A stretch of DNA of 64,000 nucleotides from Cladosporium halotolerans (Eukaryota). The position numbers and the translations under genes are program-made. The notes under the pieces are model-generated. The model saw only the letters and a list, made by a program, of their open reading frames with translations. It did no database searches and had not been told where the DNA came from. Position 1 is the stretch's first letter, and every line of letters begins with the position of its first letter. Location of the stretch: NCBI RefSeq assembly GCF_011745625.1, contig NW_027191461.1, forward strand, positions 62,001 to 126,000, given 5' to 3'. Below are positions 21,975 through 32,682 of this stretch, in pieces.

Positions 21975-22827
21975 ATGCTCGCCCGCCTGCCCAACCTTGC
22001 GATCCAGCGTAGTTATTGCGCGAACGCTGCTTATCTTCGGACATCTACGAACACTGTTGCGCCGACAGTTTTGGCGAGGAACGTCTTTCCGATCGCAGCC
22101 AGCAGCATACAATCACCTGATCAGAAGAGCCGCGCATTCTCACATTCGGCGAGAAGCCATTCAGACAACATCAGCATGGCCGACGCATCCCGCGAAATGG
22201 AAGCCAACGGCGTGCCCAAGAAGGGCGAGCCAACCGCCGCCGCAGCGCCAGAACAAGAAGAGCAGAAAGAGCTGCCGAAGCTGAGCGCGGCCGAGTTCAG
22301 AGTGTACAACCGGATGGCGGAGCACATGGACCTATTCGTACGCTCGCCCCTACCCTGCCTCACAAACGACCGCCAAAACTAATCCCTCCTCCCCGCAGCA
22401 CAACAACTTTCGCCAGACCTGGAACCTGCTCTACTCCGCCTGCACGTCCGGCAAGAAGCCGCAGGGCATGACGCTGCGCGCCTTCCTGCAGGCAGGCGAC
22501 GACTTCGCGCACCACCTGACGATCCACCACACGATCGAGGAGCGGCACATCTTCCCCGTGCTGGCGAAGAAGATGCCCGCGTTCCGTAAGGAGCTGGAGC
22601 TGCTGTCGCAGCACAAGCGCATCCACGACGGGCTGGAGAAGTTCGAGGCGTATATTGCCGAGTGCCGGTCGGGGGAGCGCGAGTTGAGGTTTGGGGAGTT
22701 AAAGGGGGTAATGGATACTTTTGGCGAAGTGCTATGGGAGCATCTGGATGAGGAGGTGCATGAGCTGAGGGCAGAGAATATGAGGAAGTTTTGGACGCAG
22801 GATGAGATGAGGCGATTGCCGATGTGA
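21975..22827 (+). CDS. hemerythrin HHE cation-binding domain protein
   Basis: Intron 22338-22398 (gtacgc..ctaat..gcag). Motifs HMDLFHNNFR, HLTIHHTIEERHIFPVLA, QHKRIH, HLDEEV. Two in-frame ATGs at 21975 and 22176. Confidence 0.88.
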
Positions 22828-22907
22828 GATGGCGTTGTGGGATCATGCGATATTGGGGGTATATGTTTGGTGATGAGTTCTTTTCTTTTTTGGGTTTCAA
22901 TCAGCCT

Positions 22908-24021
22908 TCACGTGGCTTTCTTCGCGGGCTTGAATTTCTCGTGCCATTTTCGCTTTGTCCCGAGTGCGGACTTTCCTTCTTGCGCTCCTGCGCCCTCCGC
23001 ACCGGGAGTGAGGTCGAGCGTGTAGTCTTTGAAGGCTATCGACTTGCCGCCTGCGCTGAGTATGTGACGGTCTGCGATTAGAGGAAGATCGACTTTCTCT
23101 CGTAACTTTTCCGGTAGACCGTCTTTCCAAGACGATTTGAACGCTGAGACAGAGATCGCATTCTTTGGAGCATCGGCTTCCAACCGGTTGAGACCGACCC
23201 AACGTACGACCTTGTCTTGGTCAATTGTTGTGAGATCACTTGACTTTGAAGCAAAGGCACACAGCACGGCCTCGTACAAACCTGCTGGAAGGTCTTCGAG
23301 GCCATCTTTCAGGCTCAGTATGGCGTCAGAGTTGAGCTCTGAAGTAAGGTCGACGGCGTTTGCACGGGAATTCTCGAGTATCGAGAGCCATGTTTCGATC
23401 TTGAGTTTAGCGCTGGGGATCATGCAGTGGTTGGTTGTGACGTCTGAGAACGCTGAAAGCTCCCGGAAGGCATTGTCGCACTCTGCGTCGCTGAATGGGA
23501 CATTGGCTAGTAATTGAGCCTTTGTGAGGGCAGAACGAGTCGCAGATGCTTGGCCCGTTGTTGCGAGGACTGGGAGGATTTGGCGAATGTGTGCTGCGGC
23601 GATTGACTTAGAAACGGGCAATGTCTCCAACGTAGACTCCGGCTTGGATATTGCAGTCAATTCTAGCCCTGGAATCGCATTATCCGAAGCATGGGCTTCT
23701 ACGCCGGATTGCAGGATGAAGACAGTGTTCGACGAGTTCTTTTGCCGGATGTTGAAAGTCTTGGTCGGCGTGCAGAGAACCGCATTGCCGCCAGCTTCGC
23801 CTGCTTGGCCTTCTGTTGACTTGAGTTGTAGACTGTTCAGGAGAATGTCAGCGCCCTGGTGGAGCTGGTGCCTTGTCACACGAGCGAGTGACATACGCTG
23901 GTGGATTTTCAGATGTCAAGAGGCTCAGCAGTTCTGGAGGCAGTTCGAGCAGACGAAACGGCTGGTGTTGCTCTTCCGGACGGAGCGACAACGGTATGCC
24001 GGCTTCGGCCTGCGTCGACAT
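22908..24021 (-). CDS. DCC1: sister chromatid cohesion protein Dcc1 (Ctf18-RFC subunit)
   Basis: FRLLELPPELLSLL and AVLCTPTKTFNIRQKNSSNT motifs; C-terminal RKWHEKF; intron 23896-23833. Confidence 0.85.
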
Positions 24022-24561
24022 GGCTGTTATCTTGGGTGTCTTCTCGATCGATCTGCTGACGCTGCAATAAAGTATTGCGCGTGGTAGGCGCGCAACAGAC
24101 GATCGACCGACCCGACTGTGGCGCGTGTGCACGGGTGATGCGAGACGCAAGCGGAGGCCTCTAGCCTGCCTCGCCTGCCGCACCTTGGGCCTCCCCCACC
24201 CATCGATCGCGCGTGGGCTGCTAGCAAGGCCAGCCTAAGGTGTCCAGCCTGCCAACCTGCAGCGCGGTACGGCCTAACGCAGGCGGCCCCATTGTTATGC
24301 AGCCAGCCGCGCCTCAGCACCACCTGCCGCCCACGACCGCCCAACCTTGCTGAGTGTTGTGTTTTGTTTACCGTCCGCGGCCACCAGCGCTGTACCACCG
24401 TCCCGTCGACACCACAAACACCACCACCGCGCTCGCAGCAGCTGGCTGGCGCGCGACCCCTATCCACCCGCCATACCGCTATCACACGCGACGTTGGACC
24501 TGCCGAGGCTCGAATGCCAGCCCTCCACCGCTAGTTGATATCCGACCGGAGTTCGTCGACC

Positions 24562-27500
24562 ATGGCGGTCGTCGTCGCCGCACCGCCGGCCCTCTCTGGC
24601 GACCTTGCGTTGTATCATACAACCGACCCTCTGCTCGCCAACTCCCCGCTGCTCATATTCCATGGCACTGCCGCCTCGGTCAATGCGACCAGCTCGCGCA
24701 TCCAGGTTCACATCTTTACGCCAGCTGGTCTGGGGTCATACGCAAGACTGGCAGTAACACCAAACTCTCCTCTGTACTCCGCCGTGAGCAATTTGCCGCG
24801 CGAAGAACAGGGCGACGAGGTCTGCCGCAGCATTGCATTCGGACTCAAGAAATACTTCACCGAGTTGCCAGATGGCGTCAAGAAAGCATGGCAGGCGCAA
24901 TCGCGGACCCCACTCGCGGCGCTGTTTGGAGACGATCATATTGCGATTCTAGCCAGCCGAATGACCAAGATTGAGAATGTTGAGGAGGTTATTGAAGATC
25001 TTGCGCGCGTCTTTGGAGAACAAAAGCTGCCGTGGTTGGACGTCGACGTGGTACTGCCATCTGGAACCATCCAAGAGCCGCCGTCGAGGACCGAATCTGA
25101 TGGGCCGGAGATGTTCGACGACGCGGAAGCCTTGAAGCACCGTTACGGCCAGTATGCCGAGTTGATCGCAGCTCTGGGCGAGCCTTCATTCTTGCCCACT
25201 TCGAGGCTCAGACGTGCGCCCTCCAAAGCCAACAGTATAGGCAGAAGCTCGTCATTCCTGAAGAAACAAAAGGAGGTGACTCGCAAGGAGATATCAGAGC
25301 TTTTCGAGACCGAGGGTAACTACGTTTCGCGGATTCGTGAGCTTCAGTCCCTAGCGGACACAATGGGAAACGACCTCAAATCATCTGGGAAGGCACAGCT
25401 GAAGGAGATCTTCCCCGAGGACATATCAACGATGGCAGAGTTGAATTCCGGCTTTTTTGATGCTCTGCAAGAAGTGCTGAACTCGACAGAAGAGGCTGCA
25501 CTCCAAGACATCGATGCCATGGCAGACGATCAGCCAACTCCTGAACAGGCGCGTCAGGAAGTTAACGAGGATACACAAGGCATTGTTGCAATTGCGAAAT
25601 GCTTTTGCGAATGGTTTCCCAAATTCGCGGACTCCTACACCTCTTACATGAAGTCTCATGCCGCTGCCGCAACGCTGTGTCGCAACACACTCCGCGGCGG
25701 TGAAAGCGCGCTGTCCGCTGCTCTTCACGAAGTTGGCGAGCAAAAGCTCACATCATTACTCATCGAGCCTGTCCAGCGGCTCCCAAGATACACACTTTAC
25801 ATCGACAACATTGCAAAGCAGCTGCCAGCGAAACATCCGGCTCTTAGGCAGTTGATGAAAGCGCGCGACATCATTTCGGACATCTGCACACAAGAAGACG
25901 CAGGCTTGGAGGCTTTGAATCTTGCAGAGAAGCTGCGCGCTCATGTGTCCGAATGGCCCAGTGACTCTGAAGTTAAAGGTCGTTTGGTCACCGCTTTTGA
26001 TGCTCTAGAGATCGCGCCTCCTTATAGGTTGGACACTTGTGTTGGGCAACCCATAATCATTCTTGTCTTTACTGACAGCATTGTCTTCCTCGAGAAATTT
26101 GCCGACTCGACAACAACCGCGCGCTTTTTGATGGCTGAGCTAGACAGCAGTCATCTGCCACGGTCAGGGCAACAGGGGAAACCCCAAGACCTCAGGTTCC
26201 TTCGCCGCGTGCAATCAAATTTGTACGAGATTACACAAGCACTTGATAACCAGGCTGTCCAAGTGGTGACCTACTCCCCACTACCCCAATCTTCTGGATC
26301 TCACGGCGGCCCTGTGGCTGATTCCCACGTAATGTATATGCCAGAGGGTCCCTACGAGGGTAAAGTCAGCCGGCTCATCGAAGACATCACCAAAGCCAAA
26401 GTCGAGGGTCGCTTCAGCGAACAAGAGCGTGAATCTCCCAAATGGGATGTGAGATCGAGCCAGCCTGTGCAAGATCAGATCAATCTGTTCAGCGCTGTTT
26501 TTGAGGACTCTGTGTGGGAGCATGTGGCTGCACGTGAGGGCTGCGCTTCGACAAGGATTGTTTTCGATCTCGACAGGCACTCTCAACGCCCCCGCGCTGG
26601 TCAGCAGGGTATTCGAACTGTCATTGCGCTTGCTCCTCAACGCGATGGGACGTGTCGGGTCTCTGTTGATTCCATCGATGGGCCTGGCAGCCGAGAGCAC
26701 GTACCGATGAGCGACACAATCTCTTACGTCTGTAGGAAACTCGGGTTCCTGCTGGAGCTCCATTTCAGCGTCAATCATGCGGCGATGAGGTCTAGCCTCC
26801 TGGAACGAAACGCGGATATCCTGAGATCCATCGAGCTTGAGGTCAGAGAGGAGCAAACGCAAGAAGTACATCCAGTGCCATCGAGGGAAGGTTCTCATCG
26901 CCACAGGCCAAGATCCCCTGTGAAGATGTTGTCAAGCTTCCTCTCAGCTAGCACGGGTCCTGGGACCCTACCACCGAGCTACCTCAAGAAAGATCTGTCG
27001 CATTTGCCATCTCCGCGTATGCTTCCACCACAGCAAATTCCTGCGCCGAAACCTCCGAGCAGAGAGAGCAGACCTTCATCCAAAGACCAACCTACGCCAA
27101 AGTCACAGATGTCTATGCGATCCACAGAGAGCCTTATCGGCCCACTCAAGAAGCTTGAAGAAACCTTGTCTGCATACATACTTGCGTTGCAGGCACGGAA
27201 AGGCAACATTGTTGGCCGTAACTTGAAGATGCGTGCCATGGCTGATGAGCTGTTGGTCAACGATCTATACAACAGTCTGCTTGAAGATCCGAATATGATG
27301 GTCGCCGCGGCGCAAGCACCCGTCGATGTCCTCTTCGCGGCGTTTGAGAAGTTCTTGAACGCCGCATGGAAGGAGCAGATTGGTCCTGTCATGCCCTACG
27401 ATACCATGCAAGCGATTCAGTCGAGAGCGGAGACCTCGTTCCCAACCGACTTTGACGAGTACTTTGCTGCGACTATCAATAGCTTTGCTCCGCAGAACCA

Positions 27501-29238
27501 ACGAGCCTTCAAGGGCATTATGAGGCTCTTGGCTGATCTCCTTGATGGTACCGGCAATGATGGAGACCGTGGCACGCTTACTCTTGCATTTGCAGAGCTG
27601 CTTGTCGTCGATGGTAACCCGCATGACTTCGTCGCGCTGTTCGACCGTTTCGTCGAAGACACTGATACCTACTTTGGAGAACCACTCTCGGAGGCTCAAG
27701 TGCAATCTGAGGCTGCCGGTCTGGGCCACAAGCGATCACGGTCCATGAACACTGGCTCCCTAAACTCTAACACCTCTTCGCTGAGGAGGAAGTTCGGATT
27801 CGGATCGCTGTCTAGGGAGAATAGCAAGTCGGAGCACGATTCAAAGGTGTCATCCGTCTGGCGCACCCTCAGCAAAAGCACACGTGGAGAAAGTCCTGCT
27901 GGCAGTATCTCCCGTGGAACATTGCTACGCTCTCATTCTACTGATCTCGACGGCCGCTTAACCGTGAGGCCTATGTCTCAGGACGAGGCTGTCGCTCGCA
28001 AAGGAGCTAGCAACCTTGACGAAATCGCAACCTCGCCTGGATCAACTTCGAACTCTCAGCTTGGACTATCGACCATTGGAGAACATCCCAGCTTCATCCC
28101 TACTGGTCCGCCCAAGAAGAAGAGACGTAGTTCGCTCTCCGACTTGCATGCAGCAGACTTCCCGCTCAGCTCGCAGCCCATATCACCCCCATCGGCTCGC
28201 CGAGTACCGCCAACGAACGGTGCCAACCTAGACAAATCACTGCCAAATTCTCCAATGCCGACCACACCACCATCCTCTCGCCCAGGAAGCTCGAGGTATG
28301 GCTCTCCCACTCGCGAGCCGCTCCGGTCTAGACTGCCCTCTTCTTTCAGAAAGGAGAACTCGCCTGGCCCAGCCAAAGCGTACAGCACAACCGAATCGAG
28401 ACCGAAGACAAGCGGATGTGACGAGGTCACCATATCCTCTCGACAGCTTCCTACTTCAAACATCCCCACGCTCGCCCCTAAGACGGGCTCACCGCAGCAT
28501 CGTCCTACACTCTCACGATCCGGACTTTCTGAGCGACCCGGTGTCGGCAACATCGTCAAGAAACCCTCTCCTCAGCCCGAGAAGAAGCCAAGATCCAACA
28601 CCGTCACCGGCACGAGCAACTTCACTTGCCCTCCATCGCCAGCGACCAGGAAGCTCCGCATGCAGTCGCCGCAAAAGCTCCGCGAGCGCCTGCAGAACGA
28701 GCACTCCTCCCTCACATCCACGCAAAACTCCCTGCACGACGAACTCTCCCGCATCGGCGACGAGCTGCTCACAATGCCCGTCCGCCGAGGCTCCGTGCAG
28801 GCCCCCAAACCCCTCAGCGTCCGCGGCGCGCCCCCCAACTTTGCGCAATCTACGTCCGCCGGCTCAGCGCCCCAGAGCAACCTCGACCTCGCCCAGCGCG
28901 TCCTCAAACTGGAGGCCCAGCTCCCCTCCCAGTTCGAGGCCGCCACGACCCGCATCTCGGCGATCCACGCGGACCTCGCCTCCTCGCTCGCCGTCTCCGA
29001 GACCAAAGCCCGGAAGCTCGACGAGCTGTACCGCGAGTCGAATTCCGAGAACGAAGCGCTGTACGCGCGCTTCAACGACGAGCTGGGCCGGATCCTGAAG
29101 GCCGTCAGGGGCGGCGAGGGGGTCGCGGAGCTGAAGAAGCAGGTCCGCGAGGGGCAGGAGGAGGTCGCGAGGCTTAAGAGGGAGAACGGAAGGTTGAAGA
29201 GGGAGAATGTGGGGTTGAGGGCGCAGATGAAGGAGTGA
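24562..29238 (+). CDS. BUD3: DH-domain Rho guanine nucleotide exchange factor, Bud3-like
   Basis: DH motifs ELFETEGNYVSRIREL and SLLIEPVQRLPRYTLYIDNIAKQLP; N-terminal LYHTTDPLLAN; C-terminal coiled coil. Bud3 orthology is from recall of filamentous-fungal homologs. Confidence 0.75.
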   Translation: MAVVVAAPPALSGDLALYHTTDPLLANSPLLIFHGTAASVNATSSRIQVHIFTPAGLGSYARLAVTPNSPLYSAVSNLPREEQGDEVCRSIAFGLKKYFTELPDGVKKAWQAQSRTPLAALFGDDHIAILASRMTKIENVEEVIEDLARVFGEQKLPWLDVDVVLPSGTIQEPPSRTESDGPEMFDDAEALKHRYGQYAELIAALGEPSFLPTSRLRRAPSKANSIGRSSSFLKKQKEVTRKEISELFETEGNYVSRIRELQSLADTMGNDLKSSGKAQLKEIFPEDISTMAELNSGFFDALQEVLNSTEEAALQDIDAMADDQPTPEQARQEVNEDTQGIVAIAKCFCEWFPKFADSYTSYMKSHAAAATLCRNTLRGGESALSAALHEVGEQKLTSLLIEPVQRLPRYTLYIDNIAKQLPAKHPALRQLMKARDIISDICTQEDAGLEALNLAEKLRAHVSEWPSDSEVKGRLVTAFDALEIAPPYRLDTCVGQPIIILVFTDSIVFLEKFADSTTTARFLMAELDSSHLPRSGQQGKPQDLRFLRRVQSNLYEITQALDNQAVQVVTYSPLPQSSGSHGGPVADSHVMYMPEGPYEGKVSRLIEDITKAKVEGRFSEQERESPKWDVRSSQPVQDQINLFSAVFEDSVWEHVAAREGCASTRIVFDLDRHSQRPRAGQQGIRTVIALAPQRDGTCRVSVDSIDGPGSREHVPMSDTISYVCRKLGFLLELHFSVNHAAMRSSLLERNADILRSIELEVREEQTQEVHPVPSREGSHRHRPRSPVKMLSSFLSASTGPGTLPPSYLKKDLSHLPSPRMLPPQQIPAPKPPSRESRPSSKDQPTPKSQMSMRSTESLIGPLKKLEETLSAYILALQARKGNIVGRNLKMRAMADELLVNDLYNSLLEDPNMMVAAAQAPVDVLFAAFEKFLNAAWKEQIGPVMPYDTMQAIQSRAETSFPTDFDEYFAATINSFAPQNQRAFKGIMRLLADLLDGTGNDGDRGTLTLAFAELLVVDGNPHDFVALFDRFVEDTDTYFGEPLSEAQVQSEAAGLGHKRSRSMNTGSLNSNTSSLRRKFGFGSLSRENSKSEHDSKVSSVWRTLSKSTRGESPAGSISRGTLLRSHSTDLDGRLTVRPMSQDEAVARKGASNLDEIATSPGSTSNSQLGLSTIGEHPSFIPTGPPKKKRRSSLSDLHAADFPLSSQPISPPSARRVPPTNGANLDKSLPNSPMPTTPPSSRPGSSRYGSPTREPLRSRLPSSFRKENSPGPAKAYSTTESRPKTSGCDEVTISSRQLPTSNIPTLAPKTGSPQHRPTLSRSGLSERPGVGNIVKKPSPQPEKKPRSNTVTGTSNFTCPPSPATRKLRMQSPQKLRERLQNEHSSLTSTQNSLHDELSRIGDELLTMPVRRGSVQAPKPLSVRGAPPNFAQSTSAGSAPQSNLDLAQRVLKLEAQLPSQFEAATTRISAIHADLASSLAVSETKARKLDELYRESNSENEALYARFNDELGRILKAVRGGEGVAELKKQVREGQEEVARLKRENGRLKRENVGLRAQMKE

Positions 29239-29749
29239 GGTGAGGGGTGAGATGTTGGGGGTTCCTTTTTTTTCCTTTTTTTTTTTTTTGGATCCTTCTT
29301 CCAGTGACGGTTTAATGATGAGATGACCTGTTTCTTTGCGCTTTCGTAGTTTCTTCTTCTTCCTGAGGGCAGGGTTGTATTATGATGTCGTTGGGGTGGG
29401 GTCTGGGCATAGCATAGCATGACATTGCATGGCCGTGGTTAGGGTGTAGACTAATCGGTTGTATGAATTACTGTTCTCGTTTCGAAACGCTTGACGTGGC
29501 TATGGACAGTGATTCATTCGAAGACCGTGGAGACAAAAGCTTCTTGTTCTCATTTGATGCTAGAGCGTTGAGCTTGTCGTACGACCAATTACAAGTAGGA
29601 AATGTGAAGCTATTCTGCATTATCAGCTCGTTTGATCTCCGCGCCGAGTTGTTGGCGATAATGATGTCTGTAACCCATGCGTCAAGCTAAACAACGCGAG
29701 TGCCATTCTTCACACGACAATGTGCCGACCAGACCACGCACTTTATCCT

Positions 29750-30730
29750 TCAGCGATAACCGCAGGCCTCTTCAAGTAGCGTTTCGCCATCCATCCACTC
29801 TCCCAGGTCGAACTCTAACCCCAAGTCATGAACATTCGCCCATTGCCTACCACCCAGGTCCCGCCACCTCTGATCATGGATGCAGCTCTGGAACCAGTCT
29901 TGAACGATGGCTGTCTTGTCATCGGGCGCGTCGCGTTTGAGCCATTCTTCGAAGATCTTTTGTTTGCCGTGTCCATCCGCCGGGTCGTAACCGCGCCAGA
30001 ACGCGTTCCCAATTTCTCTACTCATTTCAATGTGCTCAAAGTCGTAGTCGTTTCTCCCTGAGTGCGAGAAGGCGTCCTGGTGTATCCTGATACTGCAGGC
30101 CTTGAGGCCTAGGAATTGGTAGAGCCAGTAATGCTTATCTGGTGCGATCTTGCGGACAGTGAGTCGGACAGCTTGGTCTCCCTCTCCATGTTCGTGTGTC
30201 GATTCTGCGCTGCTCTCGCGTCTGGGTTTGCACGCAAAGAAGAGACACTCGTACCTTCTCAAACTACTCGGGGATCCAGGCTGCTGCATCATTAGGAGCG
30301 GGCCTAAATCCTCGAAGAAGCCGATGTGGTGGTCGGTGCGGGATTCCACGCTCCTCGTGCGAAGCACATACTTCATGCGCATGTACGGCTCTCCAAGTAC
30401 TTCCAGTCGCTCCGCGAGACTGTAGAACTCCGGTACTTTCCAGAAGTAGAAACAGCATTTGTGTGCATACTTTTTCTCCCAGTGAGCTTTGGCTTCGGCA
30501 TTGATCGTCTTGCATGACAGAATGAGATTGAGCTATGCGCTGAGGTCGTTGTCGGGCCACTCGCTTTCTTCGTGCATGGCGTAGAGGTCCTCTACGGCTC
30601 GCTGGCGGTTAGTTGTCAGGTTCTCGAACGTGTAGTCGTAGATTCGAAGACGGACTTCCGGCGGAAGATCTGTCATTGAAACGCGGGCTGGCTCCTTGAG
30701 TGATTGATTGAGGCGCTCTGGTTGCTCCAT
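29750..30730 (-). pseudogene. F-box-like/hypothetical gene (~326 codons) interrupted by an in-frame TAG
   Basis: ORFs 30533-30763 and 29750-30382 share a frame, and the only break is TAG at 30535-30533. Contains MTDLPPEVRLRIYDYTF and SA*LNLILSCKTINAEA. Confidence 0.65.
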
Positions 30731-31032
30731 GGTGTCGGCGAGTGTCGGGCTGATGGGACTCAACGAAGGGATCTTTCATGTGCGTTGACAATCGAGTCTT
30801 CGGGTCGATTCTGTGTGTGGACTGACAAGGAAGTGCACGTTTGCAGTGTGCGAGAGTGCTTCGTTGGGAAGCGCAAGCCAACACCCTCGCGCCTTCCCGG
30901 TGATAGCCCCAGGCAGCAATCGACGTCGACGTGAGCAGCATGGGAGAAGATAAAATTTCAGTTCGTGTGCCATGTTCATTATGTGATTCATTGATCCTGT
31001 GCATTTTCATACATTCACCACTTTGTTTTCAT

Positions 31033-32682
31033 TTACGAACCCTGCAGGTCTTGACCCATGCCGCCCATCGTGACCATCTTCGTGACCATGTACTCATCAA
31101 TGCCATATTTGCTTCCCTCACGACCAAAGCCAGACTGCTTGACACCACCGAACGGCGCCGCAGGGTCGGAAATCAGGCCTGTGTTGACGCCCACCATGCC
31201 GACCTGGATCGCCTCAGCGACTCTGTAGCAGCGCTGGATGTCCTTGGAAAAGAAGTAGCCTGCGAGACCAACTTCTGTGTCGTTGGCCTGCGCGATGACC
31301 TCCGCCTCGGTTTCGAATGGGAAGAGACCGGCAACAGGACCGAAGGTCTCGTCGTGTGCAATGGCCATGTCGGGTTTCATGTCACGGATGACAGTGGGCT
31401 GGAAGAAGTTGCTGCCGAGGTCGGGGAGGGCTTGGCCACCAGCAAGGATCTTACCTCCCTGCTTGACGGCATCCTTTACGTGGGACTCGACCTTGCTGAC
31501 GGCGCGGTCGTGGATCAGAGGGCCATGGGTGATGCCCTCCTCGTAACCGGAACCGACCTTGAAGGAGTTGACCTTCTCGGTGAAAGCCTGCGCGAACTTG
31601 TCGTAGATGCCCTTCTGCACGTAGATTCTGTTGGCGCACACGCAGGTCTGACCAGAGGATCGGAACTTGGATGCGATGGCGCCTGCGACAGCAGCATCCA
31701 GGTCGGCGTCATCGAAGACGATGAAAGGTGCGTTGCCACCGAGCTCGAAAGACAGCTTCTTGAGGGTATCGGCAGACTGCTTCATGAGAAGCTTGCCGAC
31801 TCCGGTGGAGCCAGTGAAAGAGACCTTGCGAATCACATCGGATGAGGTGATGGCCTCACCAACCTCGGGGGTGTTCTTGAGCGCGGTGACAATGTTTACC
31901 ACACCAGCGGGAATGCCGGCCCTGTGAGCGAGTTCCGCCAATGCAGCAGCTGTGAATGGCGTCTCACCCGGAGACTTCGCAACGACTGTGCAGCCTGCTG
32001 CGAGCGCCGGACCAATCTTGCGGGTAATCATGGCGGCAGGGAAGTTCCACCTGAAATCACATTAGCTTCACAATTTGCTTGATGTTTCGAACTAAACTTA
32101 CGGTGTGATCAAGCCAGCAACACCCACAGGCTCCTTGATGGTGAACACGCGGTTTCCAGGAACAGTTGCAGGGATGGTATCGCCGTACACTCTCGGCGCC
32201 TCCTCGCTAAACCACTCAAAGAAGTTCGCAGCGTATGTGACCTCGCCCTTCGCATCCGCAAGCGGCTTGCCGTTCTCCCATGTGATCAGCCTCGCCAAAT
32301 CCTCGCTGTTGTCCACCATCAATTGGTACCACTTCCTCAGCATCTTCGAGCGCTCACGGCCCGTTGTCTTGCGGAACGACACGAGTGCCTTCTCTGCCGC
32401 CGAAATGGCGTCTGCTACATCGTCCTTGCTCATCTCAGGCATTGTGCCGATGACCTTGTGCGAGGCCGGGTCGGTGACCTCGAAGGTCTTTCCTGACTTT
32501 GCATCCACCCATTGTCCATTGATGTAAGCTTGCGACTTCAGCAGGCTTTTGTCGTTGAGAGGCGGAACTGAGTGCTGCATGCTGGCGTAGGATCTCGAAG
32601 GAATGACTCTGAGGTGGTTTGTGTGCTGGATGTAGGATCGCAATGCTGGCTTGGAGCCAACTGCTCGAAGAAGTGGTTGCAT
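31033..32682 (-). CDS. UGA2: succinate-semialdehyde dehydrogenase (ALDH family), probably mitochondrial
   Basis: ITPWNFPAAMITRK after splicing intron 32101-32051; SFTGSTGVG, ELGGNAPFIVF, GQTCVCANR, ETFGP, PFGGVKQSGFGREG; Arg/Ser-rich presequence. Confidence 0.93.

Noticed and set aside
28298..29420. Alternative-frame and antisense ORFs over the RhoGEF 3' end
   Set aside because: By-products of the GC3-rich main frame.
30931..31845. 304-aa plus-strand ORF
   Set aside because: Antisense shadow of the codon-biased SSADH gene with no independent motif.
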